Source of the DNA: a virus
UHGV virus genome: UHGV-0211178
Strand: one strand, 5' to 3'
Length of the DNA: 41,096 nucleotides
The notes beneath the pieces are model-generated. The model was not told the DNA's origin. It was given only the letters and a program-made list of their open reading frames with translations, and searched no databases. Of the stretch, positions 8,896 through 16,178 are shown piece after piece. The translations under genes were made by a program, and so were the position numbers. Every line of letters begins with the position of its first letter. Positions within the stretch are counted from its first letter, which is position 1.

Positions 8896-8925
8896 ATGAT
8901 ATGTGTGGTATAATTTGTCCTATTC
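8896..8925 (-). promoter_or_regulatory. Possible sporulation sigma factor (SigE/SigG-like) promoter
   Basis: GAATA-N17-CATATCAT immediately before the RBS; match judged by eye. Confidence 0.35.
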
Positions 8926-8931
8926 TTTCAA

Positions 8932-9075
8932 TTACCTACGCAAGACCACTGTCTTGTACAGGTCAAGCATGCAATAGGCTATTTTTGCTTTGGTTTCGGG
9001 TTCTTTTGTTTTCATAAATTCCTTTTCCAATTCGTCAAAAACCACTTCAAATGTTTCCATAAAATTCGGCGCCAT
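8932..9075 (-). CDS. Small hypothetical protein (47 aa)
   Basis: Manual translation MAPNFMETFEVVFDELEKEFMKTKEPETKAKIAYCMLDLYKTVVLRR; RBS AAAGGGGTG. Confidence 0.75.
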   Translation of the reverse strand: MAPNFMETFEVVFDELEKEFMKTKEPETKAKIAYCMLDLYKTVVLRR

Positions 9076-9138
9076 TTTCTCACCCCTTTCTGTCTATACT
9101 GCTTTAATAATTATTGCAAAGAAATTATCATTTACTTA

Positions 9139-9205
9139 TTGACATACACCACAACATGTAGTATACTATATATTGTATTGGTCAATATAAAACTACATAT
9201 AGGAG
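9139..9205 (+). promoter_or_regulatory. SigmaA promoter overlaid by three NrdR-box-like palindromes
   Basis: TTGACA(9139)-N17-TATACT(9162). Cores CAACATGTAG (9152), CTATATATTG (9166), CTACATATAG (9193). Confidence 0.65.
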
Positions 9206-9214
9206 GTGTTGCTT

Positions 9215-9346
9215 ATGGCAAATAAGAAACAGACCAGCGCTAAAGTTGCTACTGTTGCTTCTAAAATTCTAAGAAGCAATAAATATAGCAAGGATAGCAA
9301 ACGTGTTGCCGGTAGTGCATTATCACAAACCAAAAAAACTAAATAA
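9215..9346 (+). CDS. Small basic protein (43 aa), moron
   Basis: MANKKQTSAKVATVASKILRSNKYSKDSKRVAGSALSQTKKTK; RBS AGGAGGT, own promoter and terminator. Confidence 0.85.
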   Translation: MANKKQTSAKVATVASKILRSNKYSKDSKRVAGSALSQTKKTK

Positions 9347-9357
9347 CTAACCAACTG

Positions 9358-9390
9358 AGCAGGGTATGACGATACTCTGCTTTGTTATTT
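9358..9390 (+). terminator. Intrinsic terminator between convergent genes
   Basis: AGCAGGGTAT-GACG-ATACTCTGCT followed by a T-rich tract. Confidence 0.75.
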
Positions 9391-9570
9391 TATATCCTCA
9401 AATGAAATACTTGTTTTATCCAAAATTAACAGTAATTCATCGGCGGATAGCTTTCTGTTGCCATTAAACACTCTCCGCAATAGTTCATATTTGATATTAG
9501 TCATTTGCGATAACTTATAGTATGTAATACTTTTTTTCATTAACTCTTTACGGAGTTTGTCAACCACCAC
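9385..9570 (-). CDS. XRE-family HTH protein
   Basis: ITYYKLSQMTNIKYELLRRVFNGNRKLSADEL; GTG start with RBS AAAGGGGTG. Confidence 0.85.
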   Translation of the reverse strand: MVVDKLRKELMKKSITYYKLSQMTNIKYELLRRVFNGNRKLSADELLLILDKTSISFEDIK

Positions 9571-9585
9571 TCACATCACCCCTTT
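9566..9585. repeat. 20-bp direct repeat, copy 1 (ACCACTCACATCACCCCTTT)
   Basis: Identical to 10227-10246; comprises RBS plus GTG start on the minus strand. Confidence 0.92.
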
Positions 9586-9603
9586 ACTCATTATTTCTTT
9601 TTA

Positions 9604-9632
9604 TTGAAAATCTTTCTATACTGTGTTATACT
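9604..9632 (+). promoter_or_regulatory. SigmaA promoter of the DUF2513 moron
   Basis: TTGAAA-N17-TATACT with extended TG. Confidence 0.7.
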
Positions 9633-9656
9633 ACCCTCAGAAGGAGGTGACACAGT

Positions 9657-10043
9657 ATGAAACTGAATCATGATTGCGTGCGTTCATTGTTGCTGTATCT
9701 TGAAGATGATTTAACAATAAATTCACTAATTGATTTAAGCGATGTTGAATTAAATGGTTTTAGTGATGACGAAATCCTCTATGTAGGCATAAAACTTGCA
9801 GAAGCAAGTTTTATTACTGCTTCAATTCGAGAACACCGCATGGGCGATTCTCCGTCAGTTTTAGTATCCCAAATCACATGGGCAGGACATAAATTCCTTG
9901 ATACGATTCGAGATGATACAGTGTGGGGACATACCAAAGGACTTTTGTCAAAATTCACATCAACATCAATTACATTTGTATCAAATATCGCTTCACAAGT
10001 TCTGACCAATCTTGTAACCGAATACCTACAAGGCAAAATCTAA
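9657..10043 (+). CDS. DUF2513-family protein
   Basis: MKLNHDCVRSLLLYLE...ITWAGHKFLDTIRDDTVW signature; RBS AAGGAGGTGA. Confidence 0.85.
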   Translation: MKLNHDCVRSLLLYLEDDLTINSLIDLSDVELNGFSDDEILYVGIKLAEASFITASIREHRMGDSPSVLVSQITWAGHKFLDTIRDDTVWGHTKGLLSKFTSTSITFVSNIASQVLTNLVTEYLQGKI

Positions 10044-10231
10044 TGCCCTATAAAATCCTGGATTCTTTTGCGCACCACCCATTTTATAAGACGTGTAATA
10101 TCGTCCCTTTCAGGTGGTGCGTAATTGTTTTCAGATATCCATGCTGCAAGTACAGCAGAGCATACTTTCCACCTAATCCAATTTATAATTGATACAATAA
10201 CAACTACCGCAATAATTGACTTCATTACCAC
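10040..10231 (-). CDS. Small membrane protein
   Basis: Hydrophobic N-terminus; RBS AAAGGGGTG; follows cro. Confidence 0.7.
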   Translation of the reverse strand: MVMKSIIAVVVIVSIINWIRWKVCSAVLAAWISENNYAPPERDDITRLIKWVVRKRIQDFIGH

Positions 10232-10246
10232 TCACATCACCCCTTT
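10227..10246. repeat. 20-bp direct repeat, copy 2
   Basis: Identical to 9566-9585. Confidence 0.92.
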
Positions 10247-10250
10247 CCGC

Positions 10251-10457
10251 TTACGCTGTTTTGTCACTGGCAAATAAATATTGCAAATCATATTCTGGGA
10301 AAATAAATTTATGTATTTTTTTTATTTCCACAAGCGTAAAGTCTGTTTTTTCACTAATTTTGGAATAAACAGTTTTTTCAGTAAGATTTAATAAGTTTGC
10401 TAAATCTTTATAAGTAATATTTCTGTTTGCAATTAGATTTTTCAAGTTTACCAACAT
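10251..10457 (-). CDS. Cro-like HTH regulator
   Basis: NITYKDLANLLNL.EKTVYSKI....DFT..EI...YLF; divergent from the repressor. Confidence 0.9.
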   Translation of the reverse strand: MLVNLKNLIANRNITYKDLANLLNLTEKTVYSKISEKTDFTLVEIKKIHKFIFPEYDLQYLFASDKTA

Positions 10458-10474
10458 ATTATCTCCTCCTTTCT

Positions 10475-10599
10475 TACCCCACGGGGTAGCTCATGATTGT
10501 ATTATACACCCTGTAGGGTAATTTGTCAACACTTTTTTGTAAAAATTTTACCTTGCAGGGTAAAATAATTCTTGACAATGGTATTTTTTGTGATATAAT
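10475..10599. promoter_or_regulatory. Lysis/lysogeny switch: three 14-bp operators and divergent promoters
   Basis: Operators TACCCCACGGGGTA (10475), CACCCTGTAGGGTA (10507), TACCTTGCAGGGTA (10549). Leftward TTGACA-N17-TATAAT (10529-10501); rightward TTGACA-N16-TATAAT (10572-10599). Confidence 0.85.
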
Positions 10600-10619
10600 A
10601 TAGACATGAGGTGATAAAA

Positions 10620-11132
10620 ATGTTTCTTGAAACCTTAAACGCCTTGATGGACGAACGAGGATTAAATAAAGGAAGCTTATCTAAACAATCAGGCGTGCCA
10701 TACACAACAATTGATGGGTTTTACAAAAAAGGATATGCAAATGCAAAATTATCCACATTAAGACAATTAGCTACTTTCTTTAATGTTTCTCTTGATTATC
10801 TTGTTGGAAATGATTCCGACAAAGAAAATACTATTGCTTTTTCTCCCGAAGAAAAAAGACTTTTGGAAAAATACAAATCATTAAATAAAAAGGGGCGTAT
10901 AAAAGTCAATGAATACATAGAAGATTTGGCATGCAATCCAACATATACTGTTAATGAAATTACTGTTGATGAAATTCAACGTGCTATTGATGAGAGAAAT
11001 AAAGCTACTGAGAATGAACTTCAAATTGCGGCGCACGGCGGTGATGGCGTTCGGGTTGTGAATGTAGAAAATGTTCGCCATGAGCTGATTGACAAGCTTA
11101 TCAAAGAGAACCAAAGGCGTCACGAAAAATAA
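10620..11132 (+). CDS. CI/ImmR-like XRE repressor without an S24 peptidase domain
   Basis: N-terminal HTH (LSKQSGVPYTTI...FNVSLDYL) and C-terminal IAAHG motif; upstream of ImmA. Confidence 0.9.
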   Translation: MFLETLNALMDERGLNKGSLSKQSGVPYTTIDGFYKKGYANAKLSTLRQLATFFNVSLDYLVGNDSDKENTIAFSPEEKRLLEKYKSLNKKGRIKVNEYIEDLACNPTYTVNEITVDEIQRAIDERNKATENELQIAAHGGDGVRVVNVENVRHELIDKLIKENQRRHEK

Positions 11133-11149
11133 CTTCCAATAATTTCCTG

Positions 11150-11178
11150 TTGATTTTTTCATACTTGGGGCATATTAT
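11150..11178 (+). promoter_or_regulatory. Possible own promoter of the ImmA gene
   Basis: TTGATT-N17-TATTAT. Confidence 0.4.
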
Positions 11179-11219
11179 ATATTTGGTAAATTTTGTCGAA
11201 ATATGTAATATGAAAGGAA

Positions 11220-12164
11220 ATGAAAAAAATGACAGAGCAAAAAGCAATTAAAACACTGATTCAAAACAGGAACAATGTGCTCCCGATAGAGCAGAAAGAT
11301 TTGGAGGATATCATTCAAGACCTTGGATGGGATATAGTATATCTAAGTCGGGAAAACACTTCGGACAATACATTGTTGCAAGAATTATCTTTAACAGAAA
11401 TGGCAGATAAATATAACGGCTTTTCAGTTAAAATACAACCATACAAAATTGTATTTATCAAAACAGACATGACATATGCCGAAACAACTTATACATTGGC
11501 GCATGAATTGGGACATATTGTTATGAGGCATTTCACCGAAACGGGAATCCTCGGCAAGCACTCGCAAAAAAGCTATGATATACCGCAAGAAGCCGAAGCA
11601 GATAAGTTCGCACGGAATATCCTTGCTCCCATTTGCCTTTTGAGAGAACTGGGTATCAAAGATATCAGTGAACTTGAAAAATGCACTATATTAAGAGGTG
11701 AGCCATTAAAGATACATTATGCCGATTATATTGAATGTCACAGCAGGTACACTCAAGATGAAAAGATGCTTATCGGAAATTTCCAAAATTACATAAAATC
11801 TTACAGGCGAGAATCTGTGGAAAGGGTGGAAAATATAAAAGATAAAAAAACCATAAAAGGCAATAAAATATTATATATGTCATTGTTTTTCGGTGCAGCT
11901 CTTATTGCCTCCATGTTATTTTTATTTTCAAATAACAAAACCACAGCACCTTTGCCGACAGCAACGCAACAATCGGAAATTAAACAAACTATTGAAATCA
12001 ACGGCATAAACTATGATAAGAATATGACCGTTTACAAAACAAGAGCAGGAACCAAAGCACATAGAGAAAATTGCAGACACATCACAGGCAAAACAGGTCT
12101 GACTACAACCACATTGGCAGAGGCTCTCGCAGGGGGAATTGATTTGTGCAAGGACTGTTTTTGA
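11220..12164 (+). CDS. ImmA/IrrE (M78) metallopeptidase fused to a TM helix and a C-terminal Ada-like His/Cys metal-binding domain
   Basis: LAHELGHI, EAEADKFARNILAP; TM ILYMSLFFGAALIASMLFLFS; VYKT..GTK.H...C...A...G...CKDC. Confidence 0.88.
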   Translation: MKKMTEQKAIKTLIQNRNNVLPIEQKDLEDIIQDLGWDIVYLSRENTSDNTLLQELSLTEMADKYNGFSVKIQPYKIVFIKTDMTYAETTYTLAHELGHIVMRHFTETGILGKHSQKSYDIPQEAEADKFARNILAPICLLRELGIKDISELEKCTILRGEPLKIHYADYIECHSRYTQDEKMLIGNFQNYIKSYRRESVERVENIKDKKTIKGNKILYMSLFFGAALIASMLFLFSNNKTTAPLPTATQQSEIKQTIEINGINYDKNMTVYKTRAGTKAHRENCRHITGKTGLTTTTLAEALAGGIDLCKDCF

Positions 12165-12261
12165 CGGTGGTTATTATATACTTTAAACATGAGAAGAAAA
12201 GTTTAAATTATGAAAATGTTAACTATTAGGGGAAGGATTATTTTTTTGAGGTGGTAAAATT

Positions 12262-12813
12262 ATGAAAAAATTTGTAAGCGGAGTTTTGATAGGAGTAGTT
12301 TTATCAAGCACATTTGCCTTTGCGGCACAATATGTCGCAAAGTCCGCAAACTTTAAAGTGTTGGTAAATGGTGAAGAATTTACATCAGACCCACCGGCTT
12401 TGGTTGTTGAGGGCAGAACCTACTTACCGTTAAGGGCGATTGGTGAAGCGCTTAGCATTCCTGTCAACTGGAATGAAGATTTAAAACAAGCAGAAGTTGG
12501 AAATTTAATAAATGTTGAACAAAGCATAGTGACCGTTAAAGGTTATTCATTCAGCCAGTTGTCCGTAAAGAATCTACTATATACAGAAAGCACAATCTGT
12601 ACTGTTGACGTAACTAACAATACAGGCGACACAAAGCAAGTTGTTCGGGTTTCTGCTTCTTTTTATAACAAAGACAACATTCGTGTAGGAAATGCTTGCG
12701 GTTATATTTTGAACGAATTCTGCAACGGTGAAACTGTTACTGTTGAAATGTCTTCAGATGATCGTATTAACAATTACAGTTATGTCCGATATCAAATAGA
12801 TAGTGAATCTTAA
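12262..12813 (+). CDS. Secreted protein with a copper-amine-oxidase N-terminal (stalk) domain and an FxLYD-like domain
   Basis: Signal peptide; VLVNG...EGRTYLPLRAIGEAL...VNWN; VTNNTG...SFYNKD..RVG. Confidence 0.8.
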   Translation: MKKFVSGVLIGVVLSSTFAFAAQYVAKSANFKVLVNGEEFTSDPPALVVEGRTYLPLRAIGEALSIPVNWNEDLKQAEVGNLINVEQSIVTVKGYSFSQLSVKNLLYTESTICTVDVTNNTGDTKQVVRVSASFYNKDNIRVGNACGYILNEFCNGETVTVEMSSDDRINNYSYVRYQIDSES

Positions 12814-12841
12814 AAATAATATAAAAAGGTGGAATTTACAT

Positions 12842-14323
12842 ATGATAGGATATCTGCGCTTTTACTTATTTGTATTTTTGGTACTATGTTGCACAGGTTT
12901 TCTTTGTTGGGCAATATGGGAGTTTCAATTACGCAAAGAAAAAGAACTTATGATATCAGACATTTTAAAACAAAAAGAACTGGATATAGCGGCAATACTT
13001 AAGCAGAAAGAGCTGGATATAGCCGAAATACTGGAAGAACAAAAACAAGCAAGAAACAAACTTATCAGCGATAGCCGCGAAGATTTTGAGGACAAAGAAC
13101 AGAAAATACGCGCGTTAGAAGCAACTCTGTCAGAGGTTCATAAAAAATATGGTAAACTTGATGTATCCCTTGAAAAAGCAAATCAAGATAACAAATCCGA
13201 TTTTCAAAATGAGGGCGTTTGTCAAAATGCAGTATTGACAGAAATTGAACTTCCTGTAATACCACAAAAAATTTCCCAGCCAATTCGGTCTATGGTTGAT
13301 ACGTATAAAGCAAAAGACAACAATTATATAGCTTACTACAAAAATGGTACACTATATGATGTTTTCCCGCGTGACCCTTCAATCACGCTTGACGAAAACA
13401 GACAAATTGCATATGATGCACGTTATATTGTTTCTGACGGAATAAAATATGACCTAAACAATCCTGAGGATATATTAAAAATAAAAATTCCAAATTTCAA
13501 CTCAATATCTGGTATGCCATATGTAGTACGAGATATGGCATATATTATGAAAATGAAAGCTAACGCCGAAAGGAACACCACTCTTGCGGTTCCTTTAGTA
13601 TATAAAGCAGCTAATCTTATGTTAGCCTCTCCTATTTCCTGGAGTAAAAAAGATTATTACCAAATAATCAAACATCTGTGGACAATAGGAGAAATTACAT
13701 ATGCAGACTATCTTTTAGCAGAGTTGGACAAAAGAAATGCTTTACAAGAATTTTCTATTCGCAAATCAAGTAACTTTAGTGATTATTATGATAAGAATAG
13801 TCTATATTATAAAAGCGATTTAATAGAAAGCAATGACACAGAATGTGTTTGTTCAGAATGCGCCAAATATACCAAAAGAATTTTTAGCGAATTTGGATTT
13901 AATAAGAAATATCCTAAATTGCCTCAATACTTTAAATCAAATGACGATAAACACAAATATTGTTGCATATCATTTTATCCTGTTTTAGAAGATATATCAA
14001 TACCCATGTGGGATTACACAGGTAATCTTGTAAAATTTTGCAATCGTGAATTCAAAGACACACGCACACCTGAAGAAAAGGAACATTTTGAAACATATAA
14101 AGCTCGAAGAATGCAAGAAGATGAAGCAAAAGAACGCTATTACAATCGCGAATACTGGATTGATATTTACAAAAAACATTTAGAGTATCAACAAATTGTT
14201 GAGTTATTGGGAGATGTTGCGCCCAAAAGCTATAGTGGATATATGAGAATGAAAAAAAATAACACTAAAAATTATCAAAAAATAGTCCAGATAGCACAAA
14301 AAAATAATATACATATTTTGTGA
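12842..14323 (+). CDS. Membrane-anchored coiled-coil protein with a Cys-containing C-terminal domain
   Basis: Likely start MIGYLRF with RBS AAAGGTGG; TM helix, coiled coil, CSECAKY...CC...APKSYSGYMRMK; AT-rich. Confidence 0.8.
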   Translation: MIGYLRFYLFVFLVLCCTGFLCWAIWEFQLRKEKELMISDILKQKELDIAAILKQKELDIAEILEEQKQARNKLISDSREDFEDKEQKIRALEATLSEVHKKYGKLDVSLEKANQDNKSDFQNEGVCQNAVLTEIELPVIPQKISQPIRSMVDTYKAKDNNYIAYYKNGTLYDVFPRDPSITLDENRQIAYDARYIVSDGIKYDLNNPEDILKIKIPNFNSISGMPYVVRDMAYIMKMKANAERNTTLAVPLVYKAANLMLASPISWSKKDYYQIIKHLWTIGEITYADYLLAELDKRNALQEFSIRKSSNFSDYYDKNSLYYKSDLIESNDTECVCSECAKYTKRIFSEFGFNKKYPKLPQYFKSNDDKHKYCCISFYPVLEDISIPMWDYTGNLVKFCNREFKDTRTPEEKEHFETYKARRMQEDEAKERYYNREYWIDIYKKHLEYQQIVELLGDVAPKSYSGYMRMKKNNTKNYQKIVQIAQKNNIHIL

Positions 14324-14409
14324 AACAATCTGCAAATAACTTTCAGATTAAATTTAAACAATCTATTAAAAGCTACAAGTAAATGATATAACAAAAATAC
14401 AATCTTTAA

Positions 14410-14541
14410 TTTTTTAAAGTTTCGCTTGATGATATTGAGAAAGTTGTCAAAGAAAACTATAATGCAACGATAACATTTACCAAGGTAGCGGAGGCTTTGC
14501 AATACCGCGAAAGCCTGAAAATGGCCGCACAGGCGTCTTAA
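14410..14541 (+). pseudogene. 3' remnant of a DUF4041/T5orf172-type gene
   Basis: Start-less frame FFKVSLDDIEKVVKENYNATITFTKVAEALQYRESLKMAAQAS* resembles the C-terminus of that family (recognised from memory). Confidence 0.65.
14435..14463 (+). promoter_or_regulatory. Candidate integrase promoter
   Basis: TTGAGA-N17-TATAAT inside the remnant, upstream of the integrase. Confidence 0.55.
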
Positions 14542-14591
14542 ATAAAAAATAACCCCGTACCATAGAAACATCAAAAGAAAGGAGTGTTTTT

Positions 14592-16109
14592 ATGGAATCT
14601 TATATCCCTGATGAAAATGCACTATACCTGAGAAAATCCAGAGGTGACCCCGACAATGAAACCATAGAAGAAACGCTTGACAGACACAAAAGGACATTGC
14701 TTGAATTTGCTAAAAAGAATAATTTAACAATAACCGGTGTGTATTATGAGGTTGTTTCCGGGGACGGTCTTTTTGTTCGTCCCGAAATGATGAGATTGCT
14801 CGGCGATGTGCAGTTAAAAAAATACAGCGGCGTTATATGTATGGACATAGACAGACTGGGACGTGTAGACACAAAGGACAGGGGCGTCATTCTTGACACA
14901 TTCAAAGAAGCCGACACAAAGATTATTACGCCCAACAAAACATATGACCTGACTGATGAAATTGATGAATTTTCAACTGAAATGCAGATGTTATTTGCAC
15001 GCCAGGAACTGAAAAAAATCACCAAGCGTCTGAGAGCCGGTTTGGCGCGCACAGTTGAAGACGGCTATCATGTAGGCGAACCACCATATGGATATAGACG
15101 CAAATACATAGACAAAAAGCCTACGCTTGAAATTTACGAAAATGAAGCAAAGATTATACGCATGATGTTTGACATGTACGTAAATCAGCACATTGGTTCT
15201 CACACAATAGCCGAAACCTTGAATACTATGGGCGTAAAACCGCGCAAGGGTGTTGCTTTTTCACGTAATACCGTGCGTTTCATTTTGGCAAATCCCATAT
15301 ATATAGGCAAAATAATATTTAATAAACGAAAAAAGATAAAGAAAAAACTACCGACTGACAAATTCAAAACGGAATTAAACCCGGAAGACAAATGGATTGT
15401 TGTTGACGGTGTGCATGAACCTATCATAGACAACGAAACTTTTGAACAGGCGCAGTTAATCAGAAAAGAACGCTCGCACCCACCGTCATATACAGGGGAA
15501 ATAAAAAACCCTTTGGCAGGACTTGTGCGCTGTGCAAACTGCGGACAGCTGATGACACGCCAAACATCAAAGAAGACATTGCCACGCCTCATGTGCAACA
15601 CAGTGGGCTGCAACAAATCTATCGTTGTTTGGAAAGTTGAGAAAAGAGTATTGGAATCCCTACAAAAAACCTTAGATGACTGTCGTGCCGCGCCGTCAAA
15701 ACAAAAAGTAAATTTCGGGCGCATAAAAACACTCAACGAATCAAACACCGAATTAAAAAAACAATTATTTGTGTTGCAAAAACAGAGTGACAGTCTGTAT
15801 GATTTTTTGGAGCAAGGCGTATATGACATAAAGACATTTACCGAAAGAAACAAAAATATCAATGCAAGAATCACAGAAACAAAAAAGCTTATAGCCCAAA
15901 ATAATGAAGAGATTTATACATTAAATGTTGAGCCGCGGCGTCAAAAGATTATACCCCTTATCGATTCCCTTCTCGAAAACTACGACAACATGAATGTCCC
16001 AGAGCAAAACCTTGCATTAAAGAAGATTGTAAAAAATGTCTATTACAAACGCGAACAGGCGTACAGTGGCGACTTTAGTATCAATGTGGAGCTTAAAAAC
16101 TGGCTTTAA
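14592..16109 (+). CDS. Large serine recombinase (integrase)
   Basis: YLRKSR catalytic Ser, DIDRLGR, PPYGY, NPIYIG, HEPII, GLVRCANCG Zn ribbon, coiled coil. Confidence 0.96.
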   Translation: MESYIPDENALYLRKSRGDPDNETIEETLDRHKRTLLEFAKKNNLTITGVYYEVVSGDGLFVRPEMMRLLGDVQLKKYSGVICMDIDRLGRVDTKDRGVILDTFKEADTKIITPNKTYDLTDEIDEFSTEMQMLFARQELKKITKRLRAGLARTVEDGYHVGEPPYGYRRKYIDKKPTLEIYENEAKIIRMMFDMYVNQHIGSHTIAETLNTMGVKPRKGVAFSRNTVRFILANPIYIGKIIFNKRKKIKKKLPTDKFKTELNPEDKWIVVDGVHEPIIDNETFEQAQLIRKERSHPPSYTGEIKNPLAGLVRCANCGQLMTRQTSKKTLPRLMCNTVGCNKSIVVWKVEKRVLESLQKTLDDCRAAPSKQKVNFGRIKTLNESNTELKKQLFVLQKQSDSLYDFLEQGVYDIKTFTERNKNINARITETKKLIAQNNEEIYTLNVEPRRQKIIPLIDSLLENYDNMNVPEQNLALKKIVKNVYYKREQAYSGDFSINVELKNWL

Positions 16110-16122
16110 GCTCCATATTTTT
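16084..16122 (+). terminator. Terminator overlapping the integrase stop
   Basis: ATGTGGAGCTTAAA...TTTAAGCTCCATAT then TTTT. Confidence 0.7.
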
Positions 16123-16125
16123 AAT

Positions 16126-16173
16126 GTTTCTATCTTGCACATTCCTATTCATAAGATTAGGCAAGATAGAAAC
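16126..16173. other. Candidate attP
   Basis: GTTTCTATCTTGC-N22-GCAAGATAGAAAC, 48 bp, between the convergent integrase and lysin genes. Confidence 0.7.
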
Positions 16174-16178
16174 TTTTC

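Noticed and set aside
14464..14590. Riboswitch or ncRNA upstream of the integrase
   Set aside because: The GC-richer stretch is explained by the relic coding frame; no known aptamer consensus was recognised.
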